DNA from: the human T2T-CHM13v2.0 reference genome, Homo sapiens
NCBI RefSeq assembly: GCF_009914755.1
Contig: NC_060947.1
Strand: one strand, 5' to 3'
Length of the DNA: 64,000 bases
This document shows, piece after piece, positions 38,360-56,373 of the stretch. A program made the translations under genes and the position numbers. The notes beneath the pieces were generated by a model. It saw only the letters and a program-made list of their open reading frames with translations, had not been told where the DNA came from and did not search any database. Each line of letters begins with the position of its first letter. Positions within the stretch are counted from its first letter, which is position 1.

Positions 38360-38804
38360 TATATTAGTTTTGCAGGAATCCCATAGAAAGTTACCACAAA
38401 CTTGGTGGCCTAAAACAACAGAAATGTATCCCCTCACAATTCTGGAGACCAGAAGTCTGAACTCAAGCTGTTGGCAGTGCCATGTTTCCTGTGAGGACTC
38501 TAGAAAAGAATCCTTCCTTGCTTCTCCCAGTTTCTAGTGGCTCCCCGTGTTCCTTGACTTGTGGCAGCAGAATGATAATCTCTGCTTCCGTCTTCACATG
38601 GCCTTTCCCCCTGTGTGTCTATATCTTCTCCTCATCTTATGAAAGCACTTGTCATTGAATTTAGGGCACATCTTGTTAATTTAGGATTATCTTATCTCCA
38701 GATCTTTCACTTAGTTGCATCTGTAAAAACCTTTTTTCAGAATATGCTCACATTCATAGGTATTGGGTGTTAGAACTTGAATGTATCCTTTTCAACCCAC
38801 TACA
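38360..38804 (-). mobile_element. MLT1C LTR inside an old L1ME
   Basis: taccacaaacttggtggcctaaaacaacagaaat...ttcaacccactaca. Confidence 0.85.
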
Positions 38805-39870
38805 GGGGCTAAAGAAGAGAGAGTTTAATACATGTTGCTGAGGTAATTGGCTATTCATGTAGGAAAAAATTGCATTCCTAAATCACCCCATATCAAAACC
38901 AGACTTCCATGTGGATAAAAATGCAAAAAGAGAATTTTAGTGGGAAAGCAAATATGTAGAATATTATAATCTGCGTAGAATTAAAAAAAAATCCTTGTTT
39001 AAAAAGAGGCCCTGAAAACACAGGCATAATGGAAAAAAATTCATAAATTCAATTACATTGAAATTTAATACTTCTATACATCAAAACTACCATAAATAAT
39101 GAAAACACAAGTTATATTAGAAGAATATATTTGCAATATGTATGTCTAATAATGAATATGTATAAATCAGTAAGAAATGGAAACAAAGCAAAGCAAAATA
39201 ATAATTTTTAAAATGGGCAAATGTGTAAACAGGCAGTTCATAGAAGAGCAAATAAACCTATGAAAAGATACTTCAATTCCTTGCTAATATGGGAAATGTA
39301 ATTTCAATGAGGAATGAGATTCCGTTTTGCAAACATCAAACGTGTAAAAAACTGAAAAACTTGAGATTACCAACACTTGATATAGTATACATTAGTATAA
39401 CGACTTTGGAGAGCAATTTGGCTTTGTCTAGTAAAGTCGAAAGTGTATATACCTAGAACCTATAAATTCTCCTGGAGACATGTGCATTGCAGCTCTCAGT
39501 CATCAGTGAGGGAATGAATAATTTGTAATAAATTCATGGAATGTAATATTCTGTGACAGTTGAAATAAATGAACTAGCTCTATCTGTGTCAACCTGAATA
39601 AATCCTTAAAATAATGTTAAGATAAAAAGCAAATTTCAGAAGAGTAGATACAGTATGAGAGTGTTAAACACCAAACTCTGGAGAATTACTCCTTTCGTGG
39701 AGGTGGTGGAGGGAAGAAAACTTAATGGAAAGAGATAAATATAGGACTTAAAATTTATTTGCTATGTTTTCATTAGGCTGGATCATGAGTACATGAGTAT
39801 TTATTATACTATTCTCTAGATTTTTGGTATTTCTTAAAACTTGGAAAATCTTTCATCATTTCAAAAGCAA
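38805..39870 (+). mobile_element. Old L1ME fragment (begins ~37895, split by Alu and MLT1C)
   Basis: aaaatgggcaaa...aacaggcagttcatagaagag; actttggagagcaatttgg. Confidence 0.65.
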
Positions 39871-40529
39871 AATGTAAGAGATGATTGATTGAGTTATTAC
39901 AGGGAAGATATTGTTCTGATGATTTCAGTCCTCTCAAATTTAAAATAATGTGAATTGTAGCTAAAATTATAGCACAATGGAATTTAAATACAAGGAAGAA
40001 TAAGTGAAGAAGGAACATGGGAAATCTGGAGGCCTGGGACTCAATTTTGGTTCTATCAGCAACTAGTTCTAGGACCATGGACAAATCCCTTAAACTGTCT
40101 GAACCTTTGTAAAGTTGGATTGAAAACAGACCCTGATCTTGATTGTAGGTAAAATGTCTATGGTTTGTAAAATTTACAAAAAACATGACCGTGTGAACTG
40201 ACAGATAGGAGGGCTGCTCCAGAGGAGGTAGACAAAAGCTAGACCTTTGTTGATTGAAGTTCCAGGATGCTGTGATTCTTTGATGTTAAGGCTGTGGAGT
40301 GAGGAAGATTTGAAGTTGGATAAATTTGGGGCTATCTAGTATAATTGAAAGTGCACAACCCCACCCCAGAACCTAGTATTTCCTCTGGAGATGTGCAAAA
40401 ATGTTCACGGCAGCTTCAGAAGACGATGAAGAAGAAATAGGAATGTGGCAAAGAATACTCTTTAGTGCAGACATGAGGATGATCAAAGACTCCGGTCTTC
40501 TCCCTAGATAAATTGGGAAGTATTTTGTG

Positions 40530-41557
40530 TGTGGTGTTTCTTATCTTGCCAATCATGTTACACATCAAATAATATTTTTACTGACACTTTGCAAACTGTA
40601 TAAAACAACACAATGTTGTAGAACAAGCATTAACTGCAGATTCCTTTGAAGAGGAGGGCTGGCTGACTGGCTGACCCTAAGGATCCTCAAAGGGTGACAT
40701 TCATTATGATAGACCAGAGCCTGCCTCTCAGTCAGTGGAAAATTCTTCTAATCATCAAATGTGTAAAATTGAAGCCAAGGATTCAGATCTTATCTATGTC
40801 TAATCAAAAATGGAAGTTTCCTCCTTGAAAGAGATTTTCCCTAAATCTAACAGATAATCCTAAGAAACCCACACATGGCATTATTAATAATAAGTTGTAA
40901 GTTAAAACTTTTCTAAACTATTAATAACAAAATTTTTTGAACAGCCATTTTAGGAAACGGAATTATCTTTCTATTCTCTCTGTTAAAATGATACTACAAA
41001 ATCATTATCAAATGAAAAGACAAAAGTGCATGCATCAAAAAATGTGAGAAAACAGTATTATAGAGGTGGGTCAAGCTTTCAATTAGTGAAAACATTATGT
41101 TAATTTTTGTGGATTTTGTTTTACCTATGTTATTTTCCAGATATTTAAAATGTGTATTTATTGTGATTTTTCTCATTCTAAATTAATATTTACTTTTATA
41201 TGTTAATTTTATTCTTATTTTCATGTATTTTTTTCTTTCCAGTTTTTATTTTAGGTTCAGGGGGTATCAGTGCAGGTTTGTTTCATGGGTAAATTGCATG
41301 TTTTGGAGGTTTGGTGTACAGATTATTTCGTCACTCAGGTAATAAGCATAGTACCTGATAGGTAGTTTTTTGACCCTCACCCTCCTCCAACCCTCCACCC
41401 TCCAGTAGGCCTTGGTGCCCATTGTTCCGTTCTTTGTGTCCATGTGTACTTAATGTTTAGTTCCCACTTATAAGTGAGAACATGCATATTCTTTTCCCAG
41501 AAAGATCTCCCTCGGACTGCATAAGCTTCAGATACCACAGAACCTGTATTTTCCCCG
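40530..41557 (+). mobile_element. Zaphod/MER115-like hAT-Tip100 fossil, split by L1PA
   Basis: aacttttctaaacta...gaattatctttctattctctc...gtattatagaggt; terminus ataagcttcagataccacagaacctg. Confidence 0.65.
41228..41486 (-). mobile_element. L1PA15/16-like 3' end
   Basis: gtgcaggtttgtttcatgggtaaattgcatg...cccacttataagtgagaacatgc. Confidence 0.82.
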
Positions 41558-42128
41558 AGCTTAAGAGATCATGAATCCCAAATACCAATTTACCACGTAC
41601 ATTATGGATCCTAACGGTCAGAAATTGTGATACTTGAAATCCTTATGAACAACCTTTTCAAAGCCTGGTGTCAGACTTACTAAATTACAGTTACTAGTTG
41701 AAAATGAGCAAAAAAATGTGACAAGAATCCACATGACCTGGTTAAAAATCTATATTGATAGAGGTAAATAGAAATAGTAATTATAAAAATGGTAATAATC
41801 ATAGATAACCTTTGTTGAGCACCTTCTATGTGCCAAGCTCAGTATTTTATGCCTTTTGTATCAATTCTCAGTTAATATTTGCACTAACTTTATTAAAGTA
41901 GTTTTTATGCAAATAAGGGCAAGTGCCCAGACAACACACATGTTAAGACCTGCTAGATCAGTGATCATTTGGAAAATCTCATGGAGATTTTAAGCAGTAG
42001 CAGGTGTAAAGTACCTCTCTTGCTCATTCATTCTAGGGTAGTGCATGGTGATCTAGCAGAGCCAGACATTCAATTCCAGGAGAGGCGCCCTTACTCTTGG
42101 CTCTGGGGCTTTTAGGCTACATGATTAG

Positions 42129-42684
42129 TGTGAGAGCTTTGTAATGTGTCAACTTGGCTAGGCTAAACTACATTTCCCAGAATCCCTTTCTTACATGTTT
42201 CTGGTTAAGAAGACCACAAAGGAGATTCTGAAGAGATTTGGAGAGCTAGGGGGAGGCAGCTGCCATTTCATAGCATACACACATTGTTGCCAATCTGCTG
42301 ACTTACCTCCTTGGCATGACACATCAGCTGGGTTAGGGTTATGTGTTTAGCTCTTTGATGAAGGACCCTGCTTCCTCCAAGCTATCCTGGTGTCATTGGC
42401 AACAAGAACAGATACTGATTTCAGTCAACCCTTGTGGGTTTCCAACTTGTGATCCTGGAGTCCCAGGCTGCTTGTGTTCTTCCTTTCCTGGTTGCTTTCC
42501 CTGTGAACTTCAAGTTCTAACATCAGACATGAAGACAGTCTCACAGAGACTGCTTAACTAATTCCGGCAATTGTGTAAGCCAATTCTCTGTAATATCTAT
42601 AGATATAAATGTAGATGTAAATATATAGAGATAGATATATATCTCCTACTGGTTCTGCTTCTCTGACTGAACCCGACTGATACA
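42129..42684 (+). mobile_element. MLT2E/F-like ERVL solo LTR
   Basis: tgtg...atgtgtcaacttggctaggc...ctcctactggttctgcttctctg...gactgataca; perfect TSD attag at 42124-42128 and 42685-42689. Confidence 0.85.
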
Positions 42685-42975
42685 ATTAGAGAAGCCTTGG
42701 CCCCTCCCTTGATATGATAAGGGCCCTGATGTCCATCATTTGCAGTTCCAGGTGATGACATGATGAGGTACTGCTAAGATTCATCAATTCATTATTCATG
42801 ATTAGAGAAAAATTAGTTCTCTTCCTGGCATAATCAAGGAGCTAGGTGCCAGGCCTTAAAATTGAATAGGGTTGATTATTCTTATTACTAGACTATAGCT
42901 GGTTTGCATGAAGCTTTGCTGGAGGCTAATTCCTTTACTGAGAGGCCAATTTGCAGGGATTCAGTCTTGGACAAG

Positions 42976-43592
42976 TATGGCAGATGGTATTTTCTAAAGA
43001 TAGCTATACCAATATACAGTGCATCCCACATGCTCTTCCTAACAATACAATGTTGCCACTCCTCCATTGAGAGATAGGGTCTGTATTCCATTCCTTTGAA
43101 CCTTGGAAAATCTTTGTAATTGCCTTCACTACCAGAATGCAGCAGAAGTGATAGTATGTGACCTCCAAGGCTATATTATAAAAGGCTATATGGCTTTCAT
43201 CTCTCTCTCTCTGTTTCTCCCTCCCTCCCTCCTCCCTCTTTCTCCTCTCCTTTCCTCCATCCATGGCACACAGTCACCATTATGGAAGATAGCCTAAACT
43301 AGCCCATGCAGGGAGACCACACAGACACACCCATGTGGAGAGGAGCAAAAGTCTCCAGTTGTTTTCCAGCCATCAACTACCAGACATGTGACCGAGTGAG
43401 GTTTTAGAAGTTTTGATCCCCTAGTTTTTTAGTCTTCCAGCAGAGGCCTCAGATACTGTGGAGCAGAGTGGAACACAGATAAGCTGTCCCCAGAAAATCC
43501 TGCCCAAATTGAAGATTCGTGAGAAGAATAAAGTTGGTTTTTTTTACCACTAAATTTTGGAGTAACTTGTTTGGTATTAGTTACTGGAAAAG
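42976..43592 (+). mobile_element. MLT1G-like LTR
   Basis: tatggcagatggtattttctaaagat...catcccacatgctctt...ccactaaattttggagtaa. Confidence 0.75.
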
Positions 43593-43606
43593 ACAAGTTA
43601 ACTGTG

Positions 43607-44163
43607 TGTAATAGTGATCTACTGCTGTGTAACAAATTATTTGAAAATTTAGTGACTTAAAACTATAAACATTTATTACTTCACAGTTTCTGAGAATCAG
43701 TAATTCAGGAATTGCTTAGCTTGGTAGCTCTGGCTCAGGATTTCCCATGAGGTGGTAGATGAGATGTTGATCAGGGCTATAGTCATTTGAGGGTTTGACT
43801 GAGCAGGAGGATCACCTTCCAAGATATCTCCCTCCCATGGTTATTAAGAAGAAGTCTTAGTTCCTTGCTGGATGTTGACAATAGGCTTCAGTTGCTTGCC
43901 ACATGGGCTCCTCACAGGGCTGTCTTAATGTCTTCATGATGTGGTATTTGGCTTCCCCTGGAGCAGATGAGAGAGAGAGAGAGAGAGAACAAGAAGGCAA
44001 CAAAAATTCTTATCATGTCCTAGCCTTGCAAATTGCCCACCATCATTTCCATCACATGCTGTTTGTTGAAATACAGCCCACACTCAATGGGAAGGCAATT
44101 ACATTCCACCTTTTGAAGTGGGGAATTTCAAAGAACTTGTTGGTATACTATAAAGCCACTACA
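43607..44163 (-). mobile_element. MLT1F-like LTR
   Basis: ctactgctgtgtaacaaatta...ctctggctcagga...gccacatgggc...aaagccactaca. Confidence 0.75.
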
Positions 44164-44917
44164 CCCTGACCTCAGTTGTAGCTTCTATGCCTCCTTCCCC
44201 CATTTTGTGACCATTCCATCCTCTTTAAACAAAAGAGGGCTGTGAGGCTAATTACTGCCATCATTCTAGGAAACACTGGAGAATAGTTCAGAATGGCTGG
44301 GTGACTATCCAGGGGTGCAGGTCATGTTTACCTGAGGCAGTTGGGGGAAGGCAATTTGTAAGAAGGATCCAGGAGGCATGCATTGTGTGGTCTGCAAAGT
44401 AATAAGGCTGACACCTACTATTGCTGTGTGGAGACTGAGGAAATGTTAAACACGATTTGCAGAATTGCTCTTGAGTTTCTTCCAATGGGAACCTGTGTCA
44501 TTCGGAAGAAGAATGAGCTCTCCTGCCTTGTTGCTCAGTCCTGGATCCTAGGATCCATTGTTATATTTTTATTGATGAGGATTAATGTTTTAACTTGGTG
44601 GAATTTGCAAAAGACTGGGAGATGCCAGTAGCAAAGTGGTGATGTTAGGAGACACTGGAATGGCCTTGATTTACTTCAAAGAGTCATGAGGATGACAGTT
44701 TTCCTGGAATGCAAGGTGGGTGGTAACTACTGATCTCTACCCCCTTCCTCCTATAATTTTTTGTGATGTTTTAATACTAGTTGAGGTGCTTCTTCTTCTA
44801 CTTCAGATGAAGTATTCATTTCATTTGGTTCATATCCAGGGTGATAATCTTGATGGAAACCCAGACACTCTGTTACTGCCACATTTAAATAATTTGTTAT
44901 TAGTAGTTATATCTTGC

Positions 44918-45292
44918 TTTTTAAAAATTGAGGTAAAATTCACATAAAATAAAATTAACCACTTTAAAGTATACAATGAAGTAGCATTTGGTAAATTCAA
45001 AATGTTGTGCAACCACCTCTCTCAAGTTCCAAAACATTTTCATCACTCTAAAATAAAACTTGTATGCATTAAGCAGTCACTTTTCATTCCTCTCCTACTA
45101 GACTGTGGCAACCACTATTGTGCTTTCTGTCTCTATGAATTTACCTATTCTGAATTTTCAATGGACTATTCTTCAGCCATAAAAATTGAAGTACTGATAC
45201 ATGCTACAATGCTACATGTGGATGCACCTCAGAAACTTGCTAAGTGAATGAAAGTCAGACACAAAATGTCTCATTACTGTACGATTCTATTT
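44918..45292 (-). mobile_element. L1MB-like 3' end with inverted adjacent segment (45161-45292 on +)
   Basis: attgaggtaaaattcacataa...cctattctgaattttca, then the next consensus segment in the opposite orientation. Confidence 0.75.
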
Positions 45293-46263
45293 GTTTGAGT
45301 TTCCTTGTTTCTAGTTTGTTTTTATCAAAAGAGAGTGCTGCATTTTGTCAAGTTCTTTTGTTTTGCATCAATTGACATGATTGTGTGTGTGGATTTTTTC
45401 TGTCATTCTATTAATGTGGTATATTATATTAATTGGTTTTCAATGTTGCACAATTCTTACATTCCTGGGATAAATACCACTTGCTTATGGTGTATAATTC
45501 TTTTAATATGCTGCTGGATTCAGTTTGCTCGTATTTTGTTGAGATATCGCATCTAAGTTCATAAGGGATATTGGTTTGTAGTTGTCTCATGATGACTTTG
45601 TCTGGCTTTGGTATTAGAATAATTCTGGCATCACAGATTAAAGTACAAAGTATTCCCTCCTCTTCTATTATTTTTTGGTAGGCTTTGAGAAGAGTTGTTG
45701 AAAATTCTTTTTTATATGAGTGGTAGAATTTACAGGTAAAGTCATCTGGTCTTGAGCTTTACTTTGTTGGGAGGATTTTGATTACTTATTTAATCACTGA
45801 TTAATTCTCTTATAATCCTTTTTAATATTTCTATTGGTCAGTTGTAATGTCTCCATTTTTATTTCTGGTCTTAGTAATTTGAATATTCTCTTTTTTCTTA
45901 GTCAATCTAACCAAAGATTTGTAAATTTTGTTCATTGTTTTAACTGACCAACATTTGGCGTCATTGATTTTCTGTATTTAAAAAAAATTTTAGATCTCAT
46001 TTAATTTCATCCTAATCTTCATTATTTCTTTCTTTCTGCTGGATTTGGGTTGGATTTTTCTCTTCTCTTTCTAGTTCCTTAAGGTGTAAAGTGAGGTTAT
46101 TGATTTCTTCTTTTTAAATGTATAAGTTTTTACAGCTATAAATTCCCTTCTAAGCACTGCTTTTTCTATATCCCAAACATTTTAGAATGTTGTGCTTTCA
46201 TTTTTATTTGTCTGAAAGAATGTATTTTCTAATTTCTCTTGTAATTTCTTCTTTGATCAATTG

Positions 46264-46589
<326 letters not shown>

Positions 46590-48818
46590 TAATTTCCAGA
46601 TATTTGTGAATTTTCTAGTTTTCCTTCTGTTATTTATTTCTAGTTTCATTTCATTGTAGTAGAAGAAAATACTTTGTATGATTTCAATCTTTTAAAATTC
46701 ATTGAGATTGTTTTGGCCTAATGTATGGTCTTCTGTGGAGAATGTTCCTTGTATATTTAAGAAAAATGTATATTCTGCCGTTCTTGAGTAGAGTGTTCTC
46801 CGTATGCCTCCTAGGTCGTGTTGGTTTCCAGTATTCTTTAAGTTCTCTATTTCCTTATTGATCTGCTGTTTTGTTGTTCAATCTATTATAGAAAGTAGGG
46901 TGCTAAAGTTCCCAACTACTATTGTAGAATTATTTTTGCTTCACATATTTTGGGTCTCTGTTGTTAAGCAATATACGTTTATTATTGTTTATTATTGTTG
47001 CATCTTCTTAGTGAGTTGACCCATTTGTCAGTATATAATGTCCTTGTTTGACTTTTGTAATAGTTTTCTTATTTAAAGTCTATTTTGTTTGATATTAGTA
47101 TAGCTACTTCATCTCACTTCTTGTTATAATATGCATGTAATATTTTTCCTATCCTTTCACTTTTAACTTTACGTTTTTGCATCTAAAATTAGTATCTTGT
47201 AGATAACATATAGTTGAATCGTGTTTTCAATCTATTCTGCTAATCTCTGCCTTTTACTTTTAAAATTTTTATTTTGTTTTTTACTTTTGTGACTACATAG
47301 TAGGTGTTTATATTTATGAGGTACATGAGATGTTTTGATACAGGCATGCATTGTTAAAAAATCACATCATGGAGAATGGGGTCCCCATTCCCTCAAGCAT
47401 TTATCCTTTGTGCTGTTAAAAGAAAAACTTTGGCCGAATTAATTTAAAGGAGTTTAGGGGTGGGGCCAAGATAGCCAACTAGAAATAGCACCATTCGGAG
47501 GATCCCATAAAACAACAACAACAACAAAAACAAAAACACAATATAATAAGCATGTGAATCCTTCACCGGCAACCAAGGTATCCAGGATCTTTCATCACAA
47601 CTGACTAGGAAGCTGGCATGACCCATGGAGAGAAGGAAGAACAGTGTGGTGTGGTGGCCCACCTGAGAGCCACACAGGGCAGGAAAGCCCCCTCCCCCCA
47701 GCCAAGGGAGGCGGTGAATGAGTGTGCTACCCAGCCAGGGAAACCATGCTTTTTTCACAGCACTGTGCAACCCACAAGGATTGGAAGATCCCACTCATGA
47801 ACCCATGCCACTAGGGCCTAGCGTCCCAACCCTGGAACACGCAGACGTGCAAACTCTTAACAGCTTCTCAGCTGAAATCTGCTTAAGCCTACTGAACTTC
47901 CTGGTGGAGAAGCAACCAGCACCATGGCTGTGGCTGCCTGCTGTCTAAGCCCTTTGAGCTCCTTGGAGGAGGGGCAGCAGCCAGCACTGGGACTCTAAAC
48001 TGCCTAACACACTAAGCTCCCAAGGCGGGGCAAGGGCAGCACCCATCTCCATAGCCCCAGAGTGTGCTTTTCCCCTGCTGGAGTCAGGGAGGCTGGATGG
48101 CTTGGTCCCAAGATTTGGCCCCTATAGCCCAACACACTGGCTGTGGCAGTCAGCTTCCAGAGTGCCTCTTCAGGCTTGACTCTGACCCATCCTTTCTCAG
48201 TGGGCGGGGCTTCCCTGCAGGAAGTCCAGTAACTCTAGCCAGAGGCTCAAGGACAGAACCCAGGTCCCCCTGGGCCTGAGCCCCTAGGGAGAGGGGTGGC
48301 CACAGTCTCTGTGGACAAGCAGACTTAGCCTTTCCTCCTAGTAGTTCTGAGGAATCTGGGCAGCCCAGATGAGTGGGTTTCCCCCAAGCGAGGCACATCC
48401 CTCCAACAAGGGGCAAAGTGCCTGGTTAAATGGGTCCTGTTCCCCATGCCACCCAACTGGGTGAGACCCTCCAACAGGGGTTGTCAGACACCCTGTACAG
48501 GAGTGATCCTACTGGCATCAAGTTGGTGCCTTTCAAGGTCAGAGGTCCCAGAAGAAGGAGCAGGCACCCATTTTTGCTGTTGTCCAGCCTCCTTGAGTGA
48601 CATCTCCAGGCGTGGGAGCGAATGAAATGAATAAGGCCTGAAGTTAACTCCCAGCAAACTGCAGCAGCCCTACAGAAGAGAGACCTGACCATTGAAAAAC
48701 AAACAAACAAACAAGCTGGAAGCAACATCATCATCATCAACAGCAACAACAAAGCCCCACAAAAACCCCATCCAAGGGTCAGTAGCCTCAAAGACTGAAA
48801 CTAGACAAACTCTCGAAG

Positions 48819-49321
48819 ATGAGAAAGAATTAACAAAAAAATGCTGTAAACCCAAAAGGCCAGAGTGCCTCTTGCCCTCTAACTGATCACAACATCTCTC
48901 CATCAAGGGCACAGAAGTGGACGGAGGATCAGATGGACAAATTTACAGAAGTAGGCTTCAGAAGATGGGTAATAAAAAACTATGCTGAGCTAAAGGAGCA
49001 TGTTCTAACCCAATGCAAAGAAGCAAAGAACCTTGATAAAAGGTTAGAGGAATTGCTAACTAGAATAAACAGTTTAGAGAGGAACATAAATGACCTTTAT
49101 CGATATTCAACATTTTTAAAGAAAAAAATTTTCAACCCAGAATTTCATATACAGCCAAACTAAGCTTCATAAGTAAAGAAGAAATGAAATTCTTTCCAGA
49201 CAAGCAAATGCTAAGGTATTTTGTTACAACCAGGCCTGGCCTGCAAGAGTTCCTGGAAAAAGCACTAAATATGGAAAGGAAAAGCCGGTACCAGCCACTG
49301 CAAAAACACACCAAGATATAA
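48819..49321 (+). pseudogene. L1 ORF1p remnant with ~0.5-kb internal deletion
   Basis: EVGFRRWVIKNYAELKEHVLTQCKEAKNLDKRLEELLTRINSLERNINDL joins directly to the IFNI.KEK.FQPRISY-type C-terminal region. Confidence 0.85.
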
Positions 49322-49384
49322 AGACCAATGACACTATGAAGAAACTTCATCAACTGGTATGCAAAATAACCAAATAGCAGCATA

Positions 49385-53547
<4,163 letters not shown>

Positions 53548-53752
53548 ACAATTAGAACACGTGGACACAGAGAGGGAAACAACACACACCAGGGCCTGTT
53601 GTGGGGTAGGGGGGTGAGGGGAGGGAACTTAGGGGACGTGTCAATAGGTGCAGCTAACCACCATGGCACATGCATGCCTATGTAACAAACCTGCACGTTC
53701 TGGGCATGTATTCCATTTTTTTCAGAGAAAATTAATAAATAAATGTTCTCAT

Positions 53753-53769
53753 CACACACACAGACACAG

Positions 53770-53798
<29 letters not shown>
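53753..53798. repeat. (CA)n microsatellite in the L1 tail
   Basis: Interrupted CA run immediately before the 3' TSD. Confidence 0.9.
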
Positions 53799-53800
<2 letters not shown>

Positions 53801-56373
53801 AAATTTAAAGGAGTTTAATTGAGCAATGAACAATTTGGGAATCAGCCAGCCCCTAGAATCACAGAAGATTCAGACAGACTCCAGGGGTGACTTGTGGTCG
53901 TAACAAATTTATAGACAACAAAGGTAAAGTGTTGTACAGAAATGGAAGTGAGGTACAGAAACAGCTGGATTGGTTACAGGTTGGTGTTTGCCTTATTTGA
54001 ACACAGTTTGAACACTCACCAGTGTATGAGTGGTTGAAGTATGGCTGCTGGGATTGGCCAAGACTCAGCTATTGTTATAGGTGCATACTCCCAAATTAGG
54101 TTTTCAATCTTGTCTACCTATTAAGTTATGTTGCAGTTCATCCACAAAGACTCAAATATAGAAGTACAGAGTCCTTCTCAGGCCATATTTAGTTCTCTTT
54201 AATGGTGTTACAAACAATCCAATTATACTCTTTTAGTTATTTTAAAATATACAATTAAGTTGTTATTGACTGTAATCACCCTGCTGTGCTATCAAATAAT
54301 AGGTCTTATTCATTCTTTCGAACTATTTTTTGTACCCATTAACCATCACCATGTTCCCTTCCAGCCCCCCATTAGCCTTCCTAGCCTAGGGTAACCATCC
54401 TTCTACTCTCTGTGTCCATGAGTTCAATTGTTTTGATTTTTAGATCCCACAAGTAAGTGAGAACTTGTAATGTTTGTCTTTCTGTGCTTGGCTTATTTCA
54501 CTTAACATAATGATCTCCAGTTCTATCCATGTTGTTGCAAATGACAGGATGTCATTCTTTTTATGGCTGAATAGTACTCCATTGTGTATATGTACCACAT
54601 TCCTTTATCCCATTCATCTGTCAATGGACATTTAGGTTGCTTCCAAATCTTGGCTATTATGAATAGTGCCGCAACAAACATGGGAGTACAGATACATCTT
54701 TGATATACTGATTTCCTTTCTTTTGGCTATGTACCCAGCAATGGGATTGCTACATCATATGGTAGCTCTGTTTTTAGTTTTTTGAGAAACCTCCAAACTG
54801 TTCTCCATAGTAGTTGTACTATTTATATTCCCATCAACAGTGTATGAGGGTTCCCCTTTCTCCACGTCCTCGATAGCACTTGTTATTGCCTGCCTTTTAA
54901 TTAGAGAGTTTAATTCATTTTTATTTAAAGTAATTACTGATAAGAAATGACTTACTGCTAATGTCTTGATATTTGTTTTCTATTTGACTGGTATATTTTG
55001 TGTTACTAATTTCCTCTATTATTACCTTGTTTTGTGTTCAATTGACTTTTTGCAGTGTGCCATTTGATTACTTTTTCTTTCTCTTTCTTTCTTTTCTTTC
55101 TTTCTTCTTTTTCAGAAGCTTTTGTTGTTTTCTTGAGGATTACCATTAACCTCTTACATGTGTGACAACCCATTTTGAATTAATATCATCTTAGTACCCT
55201 CTTAAGGTTTCATATAGGGAACATCTGCTAAGGGTGAACATTCTCAGCTTTTGTTTATCTGTGAATGATTTACTTTGTGTTTCATTTTAAAAGGAGTGTT
55301 TTGTTGGATATAGAGTTCTTGGTTGACAGTTTTTTTTTCACTTTAAATATGTCATACCACTGCATTCTGGCCTTCTTGGATTCTGCTGAGAATGTAGCTG
55401 TTAATTTTATTGATGATCCTTTGTACATGATGAGTTGCTTCTCTGTTGCTACTTTTAAGATTATTTCTGTCTTTTGAAAGTTCAATTAGAGTATGTCTTG
55501 ATGTGATTCTCTTTTTGTTTATTCTATGTGTCAAGCTTCTTGGAAGTGTAGATTAATGTGTTATTTTTTAAAATGGGAAGTTTTTCACCATTATTTCTTC
55601 AAACATTCTTTTTGTACATTTCTCACTTTTTATTCTGGAAATCTCATTATGTATATGTTGGTAGGTTTGATGGTGTCCCATAAGCCTCTTAAGCTCAGTT
55701 AATTTTTCTTAATTATCTTTTCTTTCTGATCCTCAGATTGGATAATTCAATTGACCTATCTTCAAGTTTACTGATTATTTCTTCTCCCTGCTCAAATCTG
55801 TAGTTGAGATCCTCCAGTGAATTTTTAATTTTACAAATTATGTTTTTCAGCTTCAGAATTTCTGTTTGTTACTTTTTATAATTTTTAATCTCTTTAGTAA
55901 TATTCTCTATTTGTTCTGTACATCATTTTCTTGATATTTTTTAGTTCTTTGAGCATGTTTAAGTCAGTTGGTTTAAAGTATTTGTCTAGCAATTCCAATG
56001 TATTTGCTTCCTTTGGTACAGTTTTGGTTAATTTATTCAGTGAATGGGCTATACTTTCTTGTTTCTTTGCATTTTTTCATAATTTTTGGTTAAAAATTGG
56101 ACATTTTCAGTAGTATAATGTGGTAACTATGGAAATCAGATTCTTCTCCCTCCTTAAGGGTTGTTTTGTTGTTTGCTGTGGGTTGTAAGTTCTTTTTTGT
56201 TTAGTGGCTTTCTAAACTATCTGTAAAGACTATATTTTTTTCTTGTGTAGTCTCTGATGTCTCTTTGCCTTTAGCTTATGTTATGATAGAGATTTTCTTG
56301 AATGGCTGGAGTCAATAAAGGAAGAAGAATGGAAAAAATATTTTAGTCTTTTAAAATTGGCTCTATTGGGGAC

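Noticed and set aside
39414-40415. Similar ~60-bp segments at ~39420 and ~40325
   Set aside because: Both resemble the same L1ME region with low mutual identity; independent fragments explain them.
44200-44800. Unassigned, moderately GC-rich stretch, possibly an ERV internal remnant
   Set aside because: No recognisable protein or LTR motif; I cannot support a call.
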